From Treponema sp. (lineage in GTDB: Bacteria > Spirochaetota > Spirochaetia > Treponematales > Treponemataceae), in assembly GCA_024693045.1 (NCBI GenBank), contig JAILLQ010000038.1, positions 86,978-150,977 of the forward strand: 64,000 nt of DNA, read 5' to 3'. Each line of letters starts with the position of its first letter. Position 1 is the first letter of the stretch. This document shows positions 1 to 9,771 of this stretch, in pieces. The notes beneath the pieces are model-generated. The model saw nothing but the letters and a program-made list of their open reading frames with translations. It was not told the origin of the DNA and did not search any database. The position numbers and the translations under genes were made by a program.

Positions 1-1795
1 CTTTTTCATCAAAAGTAGCTTCGAGGTTACGGCGTGAATTTTCGAAAGGCATTACAAAAGCCCCAATATTCTGATTTTCAAGCCATGAAACTGCCCATCT
101 ATTAAATGTATATAGATAAGGACCTGCAATCATCCGAACCTTTTTGTCTTTCAAAATCTGAATATGAGCAATGTTGTTTACAACAAATTGTGTATACCCC
201 AAATCAATCAAAGTATTCAGTTCATTTGCCAGATTTTCTTCAATGGCAGCTGGACAGTATGGATCTAGAGAAATGTAAGTAGCTTTCTTAGAAATTGGTA
301 AAACTGTTTTAGAATTCAAAAGATCATATTTTGTGTCATTTGTGTATTCAAGAATTAATCGAACAGGGTGCAGAGCCTGAGCCTGGAATACATCCTGAAT
401 AGTTGATACCTGAACATAAATTCCCTCTGGGAAATAAGTTAACTCTCGATTTGCAACAGGAGTAAGATCCAAAACAGGTAATCTTTCATCCGCTGGCTGG
501 CGTCGGAACTTACTTAAATCACCTGGCAAAACCCTTGAATAGCGTTTAGACATTGACTTTATCTGCAATAGGTAAACACTATCCCCCGGCTTAAAGCCAG
601 CCGGAATATCTACCCATCTTCGACCTTCTTCATCAACTTCAACATGGTGAACTTTATGACTTACTCGTCCTGTGTCGGTTTTTGTGTGAAGGCGAATTGA
701 ATCACCAGGATCAGGATCATAAGAGCCACCTGTAATATTTGCAAGTACAACCCTAAGACTTTCAGGGCTTGCCCCTGCTGGAGCATTTCTTTTTAATTCT
801 TCTACCAGTTCATCAGGGGCTTTCTTTGTATTGTTTATATTTCCAAGGAAAATACCTGTACCGCCAGCCTGATTTGGATTCAAAATTTTTGCACCGGCAT
901 TTTTTACGCCTTCGCCAATTTCTTTAAATCCATACCAATAATCAGTCTTTGTGCGTGCAAAATCAGAAGAAAGCATTCGTTTACCAGTTTCAACCGCACC
1001 CTTTCGATCTTCCTTGTAATGATCAATTACGTAACGGTAAGCAGCAACAACACTTCCAACATATTCAGCACTTTTCATGCGGCCTTCAATCTTAAATGAA
1101 TCTACGCCCATATCGCAGAGTTCTGGAATGTGTTCAATAAGCTGCATATCGCATGGTGAAAAATAATATCCCTGCTTAATCCCCTCTGGATACTCAGCTG
1201 TATAATAACGGCGACAAGCCTGTGTACACATTCCCCGGTTGGCAGATTTACCGCCAAGAAAACTAGAAAAAAGACACAAACCTGATTCACTTACGCAGAG
1301 AGCTCCGTGAACAAACATTTCGATTTGAGCTTTAGTATGCTCTTTGATATAGCGAATTTCATCCAAACCTAATTCACGAGCAACAACAACCCTTGAAAGC
1401 CCTTCTTTATGCAAAAGATTTGCTGCAGCAGCACTTTCTACGTTCATCTGGGTTGAAGCATGAAGCTCAAGATTTGGGAAAAATTCCTGGCACATTCGGA
1501 TAATACCATAATCCTGAACAATAAGTCCGTCAGGGCCGACTTTTTCAAGATAAGAAAGGAATCTGTAAAGTCTTTCAGTTTCCCACTCTTCACAAACAGT
1601 GTTTACTGTTACATAAATTTTTTTGTTCTGTCGGTGAAGGGAATTTACTGCCGCTTCAAATTGATTCCACGCAAAATTGGAAGTCCTCAGACGCGCATTA
1701 AAACTTTTAAGACCAAGATAAACTGCATCAGCTCCTTCGCCAATTGCAGCATCAAGAGATTCTATATTACCCGCAGGTGCTAATAATTCACACAT
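1..1795 (-). CDS. U32 family peptidase-like protein (RlhA/TrhP-type hydroxylation family); 3' end runs off the window
   Basis: Not in the ORF track. Manual translation from ATG 1795 gives MCELLAPAGNIESLDAAIGEGADAVYLGLKSFNAR..., EMFVHGALCVSESGLCLFSSFLGGKSANRGMCTQACRR and FKIEGRMKSAEYV, which are U32 signature motifs. Confidence 0.9.
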   Translation of the reverse strand, partial: MCELLAPAGNIESLDAAIGEGADAVYLGLKSFNARLRTSNFAWNQFEAAVNSLHRQNKKIYVTVNTVCEEWETERLYRFLSYLEKVGPDGLIVQDYGIIRMCQEFFPNLELHASTQMNVESAAAANLLHKEGLSRVVVARELGLDEIRYIKEHTKAQIEMFVHGALCVSESGLCLFSSFLGGKSANRGMCTQACRRYYTAEYPEGIKQGYYFSPCDMQLIEHIPELCDMGVDSFKIEGRMKSAEYVGSVVAAYRYVIDHYKEDRKGAVETGKRMLSSDFARTKTDYWYGFKEIGEGVKNAGAKILNPNQAGGTGIFLGNINNTKKAPDELVEELKRNAPAGASPESLRVVLANITGGSYDPDPGDSIRLHTKTDTGRVSHKVHHVEVDEEGRRWVDIPAGFKPGDSVYLLQIKSMSKRYSRVLPGDLSKFRRQPADERLPVLDLTPVANRELTYFPEGIYVQVSTIQDVFQAQALHPVRLILEYTNDTKYDLLNSKTVLPISKKATYISLDPYCPAAIEENLANELNTLIDLGYTQFVVNNIAHIQILKDKKVRMIAGPYLYTFNRWAVSWLENQNIGAFVMPFENSRRNLEATFDEK

Positions 1796-1802
1796 AGGGG
1801 CT

Positions 1803-1811
1803 ATTGTAACA
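1803..1811 (-). promoter_or_regulatory. Extended -10 (TGT-TACAAT) 7 nt upstream of the U32 ATG; probably leaderless
   Basis: Minus strand reads TGTTACAATagcccctATG; no Shine-Dalgarno. Confidence 0.55.
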
Positions 1812-1813
1812 TA

Positions 1814-2839
1814 TTAATGAGAAAATTCCAGTACCCCAGGAGTTTCACCGCTAGTCTTAGAAAGATCCCATGAGGCCGCAGTATTTTCCCTTGCCTTCTT
1901 ATAAAGAGATTTTGTAGCAGTGAGCCCATCAGTTTTTACAGCATCTTCCACTGAATCACTATCCCAAAAACCTGAAGAAAATGCTTCTATCGCAGCTTCA
2001 GACATTTCACTGTTTTTCCAGTCTTCAGAAGTTGAAGAAGCATAACAAACAGCATCGATAATAGAATCATCTCTAGTATTTCGTAAGAGAATAACATCCA
2101 GCGTATCACCCAACCTTGCACTATCATCCGTCTCCCACAAATCCCTTGCAAAAGGACTTGAATACTTTGCTGTAGAAAGAGTTATATCATTTTCAAGTTC
2201 GTTTACAGCCCCTTCCCCCTTTGTACGCAGGTGAAGAAGAATTATCTCCCCTTCCTGAACTTCCAGGGCGGGAAATTTATAAGCTTTGTCTTTTCCGTCA
2301 TTAGCACTGTAAAGTTCCAGTCCTGCAAGATTGCCGCCTTTTGTAACCAAAATTTCTACATATTCACATTTATAAACAGTGCCAGATTTTAGCTTAGAAC
2401 TAGTGTATCTTGGATGTATTTCCGTAATTTCAAGTCCAGGTATAGAAGCGTTAAAACCTGTAAAAGGAAGCGAAAAGGTCAATGAGTTACCGATTCTATC
2501 AGTTACTTTTCCAAAAAAGCTGTAATCGCTGCCAACAATAAAATTATCAGCGAATTTAATATCATAAATACAAAGACCACTCTCGTATTCCGAGTTTTGC
2601 ACGATTTTATCGGTTATTGCAATTGCTGGAGTCAAGGAACAATTTTCCAGACTTACTTTTTCCGAAAATACCAGGCGCAGAGACTTTTCACCAGTTACAT
2701 AATAACTGTCCAAAGTCGGAAATTTATAGTCATTTGTATTCACGAGTACCAGGCCCTGCTCCGTTACTTTACAAGAAAAGGGAAGCATTGTGGCTAAGAC
2801 AAATACAGAAATTAAAATCGCTTTTATTATATCTTTCAT
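1814..2839 (-). CDS. Hypothetical lipoprotein, possibly with a lamin-tail-like beta domain
   Basis: Start moved to MKDIIK (SD GAGGT). Signal ends in LPFSC, a spirochete lipobox. ITEIHP...EYVEI...LAGLEL resembles lamin-tail domains. Confidence 0.6.
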   Translation of the reverse strand: MKDIIKAILISVFVLATMLPFSCKVTEQGLVLVNTNDYKFPTLDSYYVTGEKSLRLVFSEKVSLENCSLTPAIAITDKIVQNSEYESGLCIYDIKFADNFIVGSDYSFFGKVTDRIGNSLTFSLPFTGFNASIPGLEITEIHPRYTSSKLKSGTVYKCEYVEILVTKGGNLAGLELYSANDGKDKAYKFPALEVQEGEIILLHLRTKGEGAVNELENDITLSTAKYSSPFARDLWETDDSARLGDTLDVILLRNTRDDSIIDAVCYASSTSEDWKNSEMSEAAIEAFSSGFWDSDSVEDAVKTDGLTATKSLYKKARENTAASWDLSKTSGETPGVLEFSH

Positions 2840-2890
2840 TTTTACCTCTACACTTATAATCTGCAAATTTTATATAAAAATGCATTTTGC

Positions 2891-2927
2891 AAAAAAAAAG
2901 CAGCTTTTTTACATAAAAAAGCTGCTC
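2891..2927 (-). terminator. Rho-independent terminator of the DUF2259 gene
   Basis: Minus strand: GCAGCTTTTTT-atgt-AAAAAAGCTGC followed by T9. Confidence 0.8.
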
Positions 2928-2975
2928 AAAGACTAAGAGTCTTTTAATAAGGAGGTAAACAATTAATAAAATCGT

Positions 2976-3725
2976 TTATGAATTGCTTTCTGATGAAGCT
3001 AAATTCTGAATAAAATCATTATTCAAACTTGCAGCTTCTATCATAAAACGAATATTAATACCAGTTTTATCTTCCATTGTCTTTTCTATAATGAATACCA
3101 TATTTTTTCCGGATTCATCACAAACAATGCGTTCAATTTTGTAGGCTTTTACACCTTTTCTTGTTATAGAAGGACTTCCAACCTGCTGACGGGCAAGAAC
3201 ATTTCCTTTTTCATCCTGCTTTTCTACATTGATAACAAATGAAGATTTTACATTTTCTCCGCTTCCACTAACAGTTGGTAGAAGAGTGATGTGGTACATT
3301 GCCTGATCGTCACTTACAGAGCTTGAAAAGTCTTTAAAAACAATTTCATCTGTTCCGCTCTTTGATTCTTCTTCACGGATGTAAAGAATCTGTTCTGGCT
3401 TACAAGGCTTGCAGGAATACTTGTTCAAAATATCCGAGCACTTTCCCATAAGTTCTTCATAAACTTCTTTGCCTGTTTTTTTTGCACTTGCAAAACTTGG
3501 TTTTACTCTGAAAAACTCATCGTCTACATAGTCATTTTTTGCAATGTCTACTGTAAAGAATTCAGCCCATGCCTGATATTTTTTATCTGTTCGTCCATAT
3601 TGCCCAAAAATATAATATTCACCATCTGCCGAAAAGCCGTTATCCACCAAAACAGCTGAATCTCCTGCAAAAGACGCGAATGCGGAAGTAAGTAATAAAA
3701 ATCCAAGAGTTAATAGTTTTTTCAT
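2976..3725 (-). CDS. DUF2259-like secreted protein
   Basis: Signal peptide (ASFA) followed by GFSADGEYYIFGQYG, which resembles the DUF2259 N-terminal motif. Confidence 0.65.
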   Translation of the reverse strand: MKKLLTLGFLLLTSAFASFAGDSAVLVDNGFSADGEYYIFGQYGRTDKKYQAWAEFFTVDIAKNDYVDDEFFRVKPSFASAKKTGKEVYEELMGKCSDILNKYSCKPCKPEQILYIREEESKSGTDEIVFKDFSSSVSDDQAMYHITLLPTVSGSGENVKSSFVINVEKQDEKGNVLARQQVGSPSITRKGVKAYKIERIVCDESGKNMVFIIEKTMEDKTGINIRFMIEAASLNNDFIQNLASSESNS

Positions 3726-3748
3726 TTTTCCCCCTAACTACACATAAA

Positions 3749-3775
3749 TTTTCGGTATTTTTTTTCTGTACTTTA
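3749..3775 (-). promoter_or_regulatory. sigma28 (FliA)-like promoter
   Basis: Minus strand TAAA-N15-ACCGAAAA, compared with consensus TAAA-N15-GCCGATAA. Confidence 0.45.
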
Positions 3776-3819
3776 CAAATATTTACTTTTACGCGTAATA
3801 AGATTATTCTTTTTATAGA

Positions 3820-4635
3820 ATGAAATTACAAACAAGAAACCACCTTATTATATTTTTGATGTTCATTTCCATGACCCTTTTAATCGGAGCAGCTGTAATT
3901 TTTGCCCTGGATTTTTTCACTGGAAATATATCCTTACCAACATACAATCCTCACACAAAATTACAGAATTTTATCATAACGAGAATGGAATACAAGGCAG
4001 TTTTTATTTCTATTTTTGTATTTCTTCTTTATGTTTTCACTACTCTGCTTTACATGAACATAAATTTTGAAAAAACCCAGTCTACAGAAATTATTTATTT
4101 AACACTCTTTTTAACAGGAATCCTTTTTGAATCTTCCAGACTTCTTTTTCCATTATTGAATCTCTGGCAGGCAACTACCGACACAGGAATTATAGCTACT
4201 AGAATTTTACTTTTTTCAAGAATACTTTGTCCACTAAGCCTTCTTTTTACTATAACTTACTCTTCTTTTGAATCAAGACAATATGTTGAACAAAATATTA
4301 TTATATTAGCGGCTTTTTCTATTGGCTCAGCCTCTTTTTTGCCTCTCAATACATGTTTTGTTTTACCAGAAGGTTATGTTCAACCAGGACTTTCTGCAAT
4401 TTATTTGATTTTTAAATATCTGGTACTTGGATTTTCTTTCATTGCAAACATCATAAAAAATGCCCAGGAACAAAATAAATTTTCTTTTCCATGGGGATTT
4501 ATACTGATGATTCTTGGTTATATGATTTTGACAGAAACTTACTGCTATTTAATGCTCATAACTGGAACAATTTGTATCTTCTGTGGAACTTATACCTTCT
4601 TGAAGAAACTTCACAGCCAGTACTTATGGACTTAA
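3820..4635 (+). CDS. Hypothetical polytopic membrane protein
   Basis: 271-aa ORF with about 7-8 hydrophobic segments. Confidence 0.7.
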   Translation: MKLQTRNHLIIFLMFISMTLLIGAAVIFALDFFTGNISLPTYNPHTKLQNFIITRMEYKAVFISIFVFLLYVFTTLLYMNINFEKTQSTEIIYLTLFLTGILFESSRLLFPLLNLWQATTDTGIIATRILLFSRILCPLSLLFTITYSSFESRQYVEQNIIILAAFSIGSASFLPLNTCFVLPEGYVQPGLSAIYLIFKYLVLGFSFIANIIKNAQEQNKFSFPWGFILMILGYMILTETYCYLMLITGTICIFCGTYTFLKKLHSQYLWT

Positions 4636-4638
4636 GCT

Positions 4639-5256
4639 TTAAAGGAAATACTGAGCAACTCCACCGATTAAAACTGGTATGATAATATTGTCAAAGTCAG
4701 TCATAGGAATTACTTCAACCAAAGTCGCTACAACAGCTAAAATCAAGGCAAGAGCGGCATTACGACTAACAGCATAAGAAGAAACGAATACAGCAAAAAA
4801 GCATGCCAGACTTCCAGCAACGGTTTTACCCTTTGTATAAGGAATATGAACTCTACCAAAAAGTTTTCCAACAAGACTTGCACAACCATCTCCAAATGCA
4901 AGAGCATAAATGCCAATTCTGCTAGCCTGAGGTTCCCAGAGAAGAGCTGAAATAATAATTCCAATCACCAGTGTAACAGGCCCCAGAACAAACTTATTCT
5001 CGTCACGCTTACGGGCAGCAACAGCAGTTATAGTAGAAATCAAAGGTACTTCAACTCCTTTAAGACGAACAAATTCTGAAACACAGTAACCAAGTAGTGC
5101 TAACGCCAGTAAGGTCATAACAGGCCAGTAATAATAAGCCAAAAAGGCAGGTATAAATGCACTGCAAAGGTGAATAGACTTTCTAAAAACTTCCTTAAAA
5201 ATAACACTTCGATATTGCTTTATAGCAATGCCAACTTTTAATTCAGATGTTTTCAT
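4639..5256 (-). CDS. Polyprenol/phytol/dolichol kinase family (cytidylyltransferase-like) membrane protein
   Basis: RKSIH..., ALAFGDGCASLVGKLFG and KGKTVAGSLACF motifs. Confidence 0.8.
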   Translation of the reverse strand: MKTSELKVGIAIKQYRSVIFKEVFRKSIHLCSAFIPAFLAYYYWPVMTLLALALLGYCVSEFVRLKGVEVPLISTITAVAARKRDENKFVLGPVTLVIGIIISALLWEPQASRIGIYALAFGDGCASLVGKLFGRVHIPYTKGKTVAGSLACFFAVFVSSYAVSRNAALALILAVVATLVEVIPMTDFDNIIIPVLIGGVAQYFL

Positions 5257-8200
5257 CGTATAAGCTCCTCTTCGACTGTTAGAGTTTTTGGTATATCTGT
5301 GTAAATAGCAGGTTCATAACCGGCCATTGGATGCGTAATGTAATTTATGTTCTGCTCAGCAAGATTACTTCCACCAAGTCGAACCATAGACTCCTGATTT
5401 CTAGTCATTGAATCCCAGGCTCTTAAAGAATCCTGAAGACTGACAATAGCTTCTGCATTCATTCTAGAATTTCCAGTTCTGCGGGCAATCTTATAGAGTG
5501 TAACGCCAAGGTTATTTGTTGTTTTAAGGAAATTTTCAACAATTTCAGCTTCATCCTTTCTAACCTGTGGGAACAAAATGCCTTTTTCAGTTTTTACATC
5601 GTTTAACTGAGAGAGCAAACGCTGATAATAACTCTGTGCAGCATAATTATCATTTCTAAGAGAAAGTGAATTTCCCATGGCTAGAAGCAGACTTGGATCA
5701 TTTGCAAAATCTTCACTGGCTTTCATAAATGAACCGATAGCATCCTTGTAATTCTGTTTATCGTATTGAATGTAACCGATTTTGTAGCGAATTTCACCAA
5801 GGTCGTATTCATTTGAAACAGCATCCTGATAATTCTGCAGGGCACCATCCATATCTCCGGCTACAAAGTACTGTAAATCACCATAATCTGAATAAAGATG
5901 ACCTACATCCTCAATTCCAGAAAGTCCACTACCTACATTTTCACGGGTGAACAAAGAAATTCCATTTGAGAAAGATTCCATAGCCTTTATGTATTCTTTT
6001 TCTTTTACGTACTCTTCACCTAAAAGACGGTAGGAATCAATAAATTTATAGATTTCCTTCTTCTTAAGAACAGTTTTCTTTTCAAAATCATTTATTGCCT
6101 GATTCAAGGAATTCTGAGCACTCATGCTGTTGTTCATTTGAATGTAGTATTTAGAGATATTGTATTTGGCAATTGGGCTATCAGGATTTGTCTTAACTGC
6201 CCTTACAAGAAGTTCTTTTATATCTTCGATTTTACCTCTAAGGTATTCTTCTGAAGGAGGAAGCGGTCCATAAAGTTTTTCCAAAAGGTAACCACTCATA
6301 TCGGTCCAATCCTGACCGCTAATTGATTTCGCCCTAGGGAAGAAACGAGCCTTCAAGGTGAGAACTTCAAGCAAATTATCAGTGCGAATAAAGTAACGCA
6401 TCATTCTTGAAGAGAACAAATCCATGTATTTTTGGTTACTACCATAAAGCTGAATGAGTTCCGAATAACACTTTCGAGCAGAATCGAACTTAGATGTATC
6501 CTTTTCTGAAGCCCATTCAAGATAATTATCACCTAGAAGTAAAAGACCTTTCATATCATTTACATGGTAATCAAGAACATCTCGGAGCAAAACTTCTTCT
6601 GCTTTTTCATAGTTCGCAAGGTCTTCCAGTTCCATGTTAGCATATTCAAGACCAGCCTGAAGGTCATGCTTAAAACAGTAAAGAATATTCTTATACATCT
6701 GTTCTGCGCGAATGTATTGCTTGTGCTCCTTATATCCACGGGCATAATTAAAGAACCACTTTTTCTGCAAATCATATTTTGTCGCTTCATTAAATTTTGT
6801 TTCCGACTGAGGGAAATCTTCGTTTTTAAGAAGAGTATATCCCTGTTTATAGAGGATAGAAGCCCTTGCTGGTTTATAGATAAAATTCTTTGTAAATTCA
6901 AAAAGGAAGAAACATACAACTACAGCGGCGATAGTAAGAACAGCACCAGGAATTATCTTATTCTTAAGCTGATACTGGAAAGACTGTTTATATGCTTCAT
7001 ACTCTTCTGCAGTACGACGTTCAAAATCTCTTGGAACTGGAATAGAAATATCCAGCATTTTTTCCAACTCAGAAGCAAGCTGTCGGGCTGAAACTTTCTT
7101 TAATACTTTTGTGACAATTTCAAATTCAGCTTCATCGGTAAACTCATTTTTTACAATGAGCTCTTCAACAGCCATACGAACATTTAGAGGATAAGTAGCG
7201 AGATTTTTTAAGTATTTTTCATACTGAGCATCTGACAAAGTATAAGGAGGAAGATCGGAAGATTCTGACTCCTCCTCTTCAGTTTTTTCTGCTTCTGGAA
7301 CTTGAATTTTTCCATTTTTGTTTACAGCTACTTCATCAACATCAGAGAAACCTGGAATTTCAAAATCCCCGTTATCCATACTGAAGTCATCTGATGAACC
7401 TAATTCAAAGCCAGTATCACCTTTAATCTGACTGTCAGTATCTGGAATACCAAAATCAAGGCCTTCCATTGCAGAAATATCAAAAGTTTCAGCAGGAGCA
7501 GCTTCTTCAGCTGCCGGTTCAGAATTAGAAGAGTCTCCGTCGTTTAAATCAAAGGTATCAGGGAAATCGTCACCCAAGCCCAGATTATCAGTCTGTTCAG
7601 AAGGCTCATCCATACTCAGATCGCCAAAAGAATTATCCAAAGAGATTTCAGATGAATCATCTGCGGGACTTTCAAAAGAATCTGCAGAACTTTCATTCTG
7701 ACTTTCAGACGGTAAATCTGCTTCAGCTGCAGGAGCTTCAGCACTTTCAGAAGGAATATCATCCATATTAAAATCGATATCCCCAAAACTATCCAAAGAT
7801 TCGTCAGAATTAAGATTTACATCGCCAAAGTCTGCCTGATCCGCTTCCGAACCACCTTCCTGTGTCATTGAATCTATTGCTTGGTTATCATCGAGAGAAA
7901 GCTCTGGTTCACTTTGGCTTTCAGAATCTGCATTATCATTAGCTGAATCAAATGAAAAATCCCCTTCCATTTCTGGAAGTTCCATATCCGCAGAATCAAA
8001 AAGTCCTCCAGGAATATCCCCGAAATTATCCTCAGTTTCGGTTTCGGCAGAACTTTCTTCAGGAAGAGAAAAATCTTCAGTTGAAATATCACCAAAAGGA
8101 TTTTCATCGAGATTAAAATCATCGTTAGAAAGCGATTCTCCACTATCAGCTTCTTGAATCGAATCCTCTACTGGCTTTGAAGGAACTTCAGAAATTTCTT

Positions 8201-9650
8201 CAGGTAGACTTTCGCCCATATCAATAGAAGGCTGATCTGTTTCAAATTCAAGATCAGTTTCTTCGGCTTCTGGAGATTTTTTTACTGAATCAGTAAATTC
8301 ACCTTCGTCTTCAAGTGCATCTGCAAAATCGAAATCCGTATCAATTGTTTCACTTTTTTCTTCGTCCTCAGGTTCTTCCAAGTCAAAGTCATTTGTCAAA
8401 TCTGTGAAAGAATCTTTTTCACCAGAAACATCTGCTTCCTGATTTTCATCACTTTTTTCTATATTATCTTCACTTTCTGGATTAAAATCTTCTATTTCAA
8501 TGTCACCAAAATCATCACTTGTAAAGGAAGCTTCTTCTTCTGCAGATTCTTCTTTTTCTTCAGGTGGATTTTTATCAGTTTCTGTTAAAACGATAGAATC
8601 AATATCAAAAATCTTTGAATCCGAAACTGGGCTGGTTTTCTGCGAACTTTTTTCAGTCTGAGGCAAATCTTCTATTTCTTCAAAAGAAATATCATTAAAA
8701 TCAGAGGCATTGAAAGAATCATTTTTATTATCTGCAGAACTTTCAGAAGCTACAAGAGAAGAATCTTCTTCTGGCAAAGATAAATCATCAGCGGAAAAAT
8801 CTGGAATTTCAAAATCATCACTTTGGGAAAGGTCAGAAATATCAGCAGGTTCATCTGTAATGCCTGTTTCACCTGATAAATCTTCTAAGTCATCTATTGG
8901 CTGAGCTGCTTCTATGTCCTCAAGTTCAGAAAGTGATTCTGTCTGATCAGAAGGTAGTCCTTCTGCTAATTCTTCGACAGCCGACAAATCTTCTGGCTCA
9001 CGAAGTTCATTTTCTTCAGCAAAACTAGAATTATTTCCAGCTTTAATTGCATTGTTAATTATATCGTCAACAGAAACTTCTTCGGCAGACTCAGTATCTT
9101 CTGGTACTTCAAGAATTTCTTCAGGAGCAGCTTCTTCTTTTTCTTCTTCAGCTCCTTCACTACCATCAAAACCCATTCCGCCCAAAAGAGCTTCCAGTCC
9201 TAAGTCGGAAATCTCGGGTTCTTCTGGTTCTGGTTCTGGCTCTGGCTCAGTTTCTTGGATAGGTTCATCAAACATAGAAAGGTCTGGGGCTCCATCTCCA
9301 CCAGAACCATCGCCATCGGCAAAGGCTCCTAAATCAGCGAGCGAAGATAAATCAGGAACAGAAAAACCTTCGTTCTGGACCGCTTCATCTTTTGGAGCTG
9401 CAGGTTTTGGACCTGTACCCATAATGTCAGAGAAATCTTCTTCAACGACAGCAGTTTTTTCCGGTTTTACATCATAATCAACCGGTTCAGGCATACCTGT
9501 GATAAAATCATCTGAGTCGTCTTTGTCTTCTATCCCCTTTGGAATTGGCAAAACAACAGGTTTTTCACCCCTACCTGCACGAAGCCCAGGTTCATCTCCA
9601 AGGGAAAGAATATCTGCGTTGAATTTTTTAAGCTGACTTAAACCTGGCAT
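5253..9650 (-). CDS. flcA: Large TPR membrane protein with an acidic N-terminal region; probable flagellar collar protein FlcA
   Basis: About 770 aa of D/E-rich low complexity, one TM (IIPGAVLTIAAVVVCFFLF) and a C-terminal TPR array. This architecture is recalled from spirochete FlcA, not verified by search. Confidence 0.6.
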   Translation of the reverse strand: MPGLSQLKKFNADILSLGDEPGLRAGRGEKPVVLPIPKGIEDKDDSDDFITGMPEPVDYDVKPEKTAVVEEDFSDIMGTGPKPAAPKDEAVQNEGFSVPDLSSLADLGAFADGDGSGGDGAPDLSMFDEPIQETEPEPEPEPEEPEISDLGLEALLGGMGFDGSEGAEEEKEEAAPEEILEVPEDTESAEEVSVDDIINNAIKAGNNSSFAEENELREPEDLSAVEELAEGLPSDQTESLSELEDIEAAQPIDDLEDLSGETGITDEPADISDLSQSDDFEIPDFSADDLSLPEEDSSLVASESSADNKNDSFNASDFNDISFEEIEDLPQTEKSSQKTSPVSDSKIFDIDSIVLTETDKNPPEEKEESAEEEASFTSDDFGDIEIEDFNPESEDNIEKSDENQEADVSGEKDSFTDLTNDFDLEEPEDEEKSETIDTDFDFADALEDEGEFTDSVKKSPEAEETDLEFETDQPSIDMGESLPEEISEVPSKPVEDSIQEADSGESLSNDDFNLDENPFGDISTEDFSLPEESSAETETEDNFGDIPGGLFDSADMELPEMEGDFSFDSANDNADSESQSEPELSLDDNQAIDSMTQEGGSEADQADFGDVNLNSDESLDSFGDIDFNMDDIPSESAEAPAAEADLPSESQNESSADSFESPADDSSEISLDNSFGDLSMDEPSEQTDNLGLGDDFPDTFDLNDGDSSNSEPAAEEAAPAETFDISAMEGLDFGIPDTDSQIKGDTGFELGSSDDFSMDNGDFEIPGFSDVDEVAVNKNGKIQVPEAEKTEEEESESSDLPPYTLSDAQYEKYLKNLATYPLNVRMAVEELIVKNEFTDEAEFEIVTKVLKKVSARQLASELEKMLDISIPVPRDFERRTAEEYEAYKQSFQYQLKNKIIPGAVLTIAAVVVCFFLFEFTKNFIYKPARASILYKQGYTLLKNEDFPQSETKFNEATKYDLQKKWFFNYARGYKEHKQYIRAEQMYKNILYCFKHDLQAGLEYANMELEDLANYEKAEEVLLRDVLDYHVNDMKGLLLLGDNYLEWASEKDTSKFDSARKCYSELIQLYGSNQKYMDLFSSRMMRYFIRTDNLLEVLTLKARFFPRAKSISGQDWTDMSGYLLEKLYGPLPPSEEYLRGKIEDIKELLVRAVKTNPDSPIAKYNISKYYIQMNNSMSAQNSLNQAINDFEKKTVLKKKEIYKFIDSYRLLGEEYVKEKEYIKAMESFSNGISLFTRENVGSGLSGIEDVGHLYSDYGDLQYFVAGDMDGALQNYQDAVSNEYDLGEIRYKIGYIQYDKQNYKDAIGSFMKASEDFANDPSLLLAMGNSLSLRNDNYAAQSYYQRLLSQLNDVKTEKGILFPQVRKDEAEIVENFLKTTNNLGVTLYKIARRTGNSRMNAEAIVSLQDSLRAWDSMTRNQESMVRLGGSNLAEQNINYITHPMAGYEPAIYTDIPKTLTVEEELIR

Positions 9651-9674
9651 CTTAAAGCATTACCTCTAACTACT

Positions 9675-9702
9675 TTTTCGGTATTTTTATAATTCTACTT
9701 TA
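9675..9702 (-). promoter_or_regulatory. sigma28-like promoter of the FlcA-like gene
   Basis: Minus strand TAAA-GTAGAATTATAAAAAT(16)-ACCGAAAA; closely resembles the site at 3749-3775. Confidence 0.5.
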
Positions 9703-9736
9703 TCCTTATATTTTATTCTATTACTTAGTTTTTTTC

Positions 9737-9764
9737 TAAAAAAAAATAATAAAAAAACCGATAT
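9737..9764 (+). promoter_or_regulatory. sigma28-like promoter, leaderless geometry
   Basis: TAAA-N16-ACCGATAT, then 7 nt to ATG 9772. Confidence 0.4.
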
Positions 9765-9771
9765 TCACAGT

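Noticed and set aside
1102-1783. ORF-track entries 1102-1290 (-) and 1460-1783 (+)
   Set aside because: Alternative-frame and antisense shadows of the U32 gene.
8710-9477. Ser-rich plus-strand ORFs
   Set aside because: Antisense mirror of GAA/GAT-rich codons in the FlcA-like acidic region.
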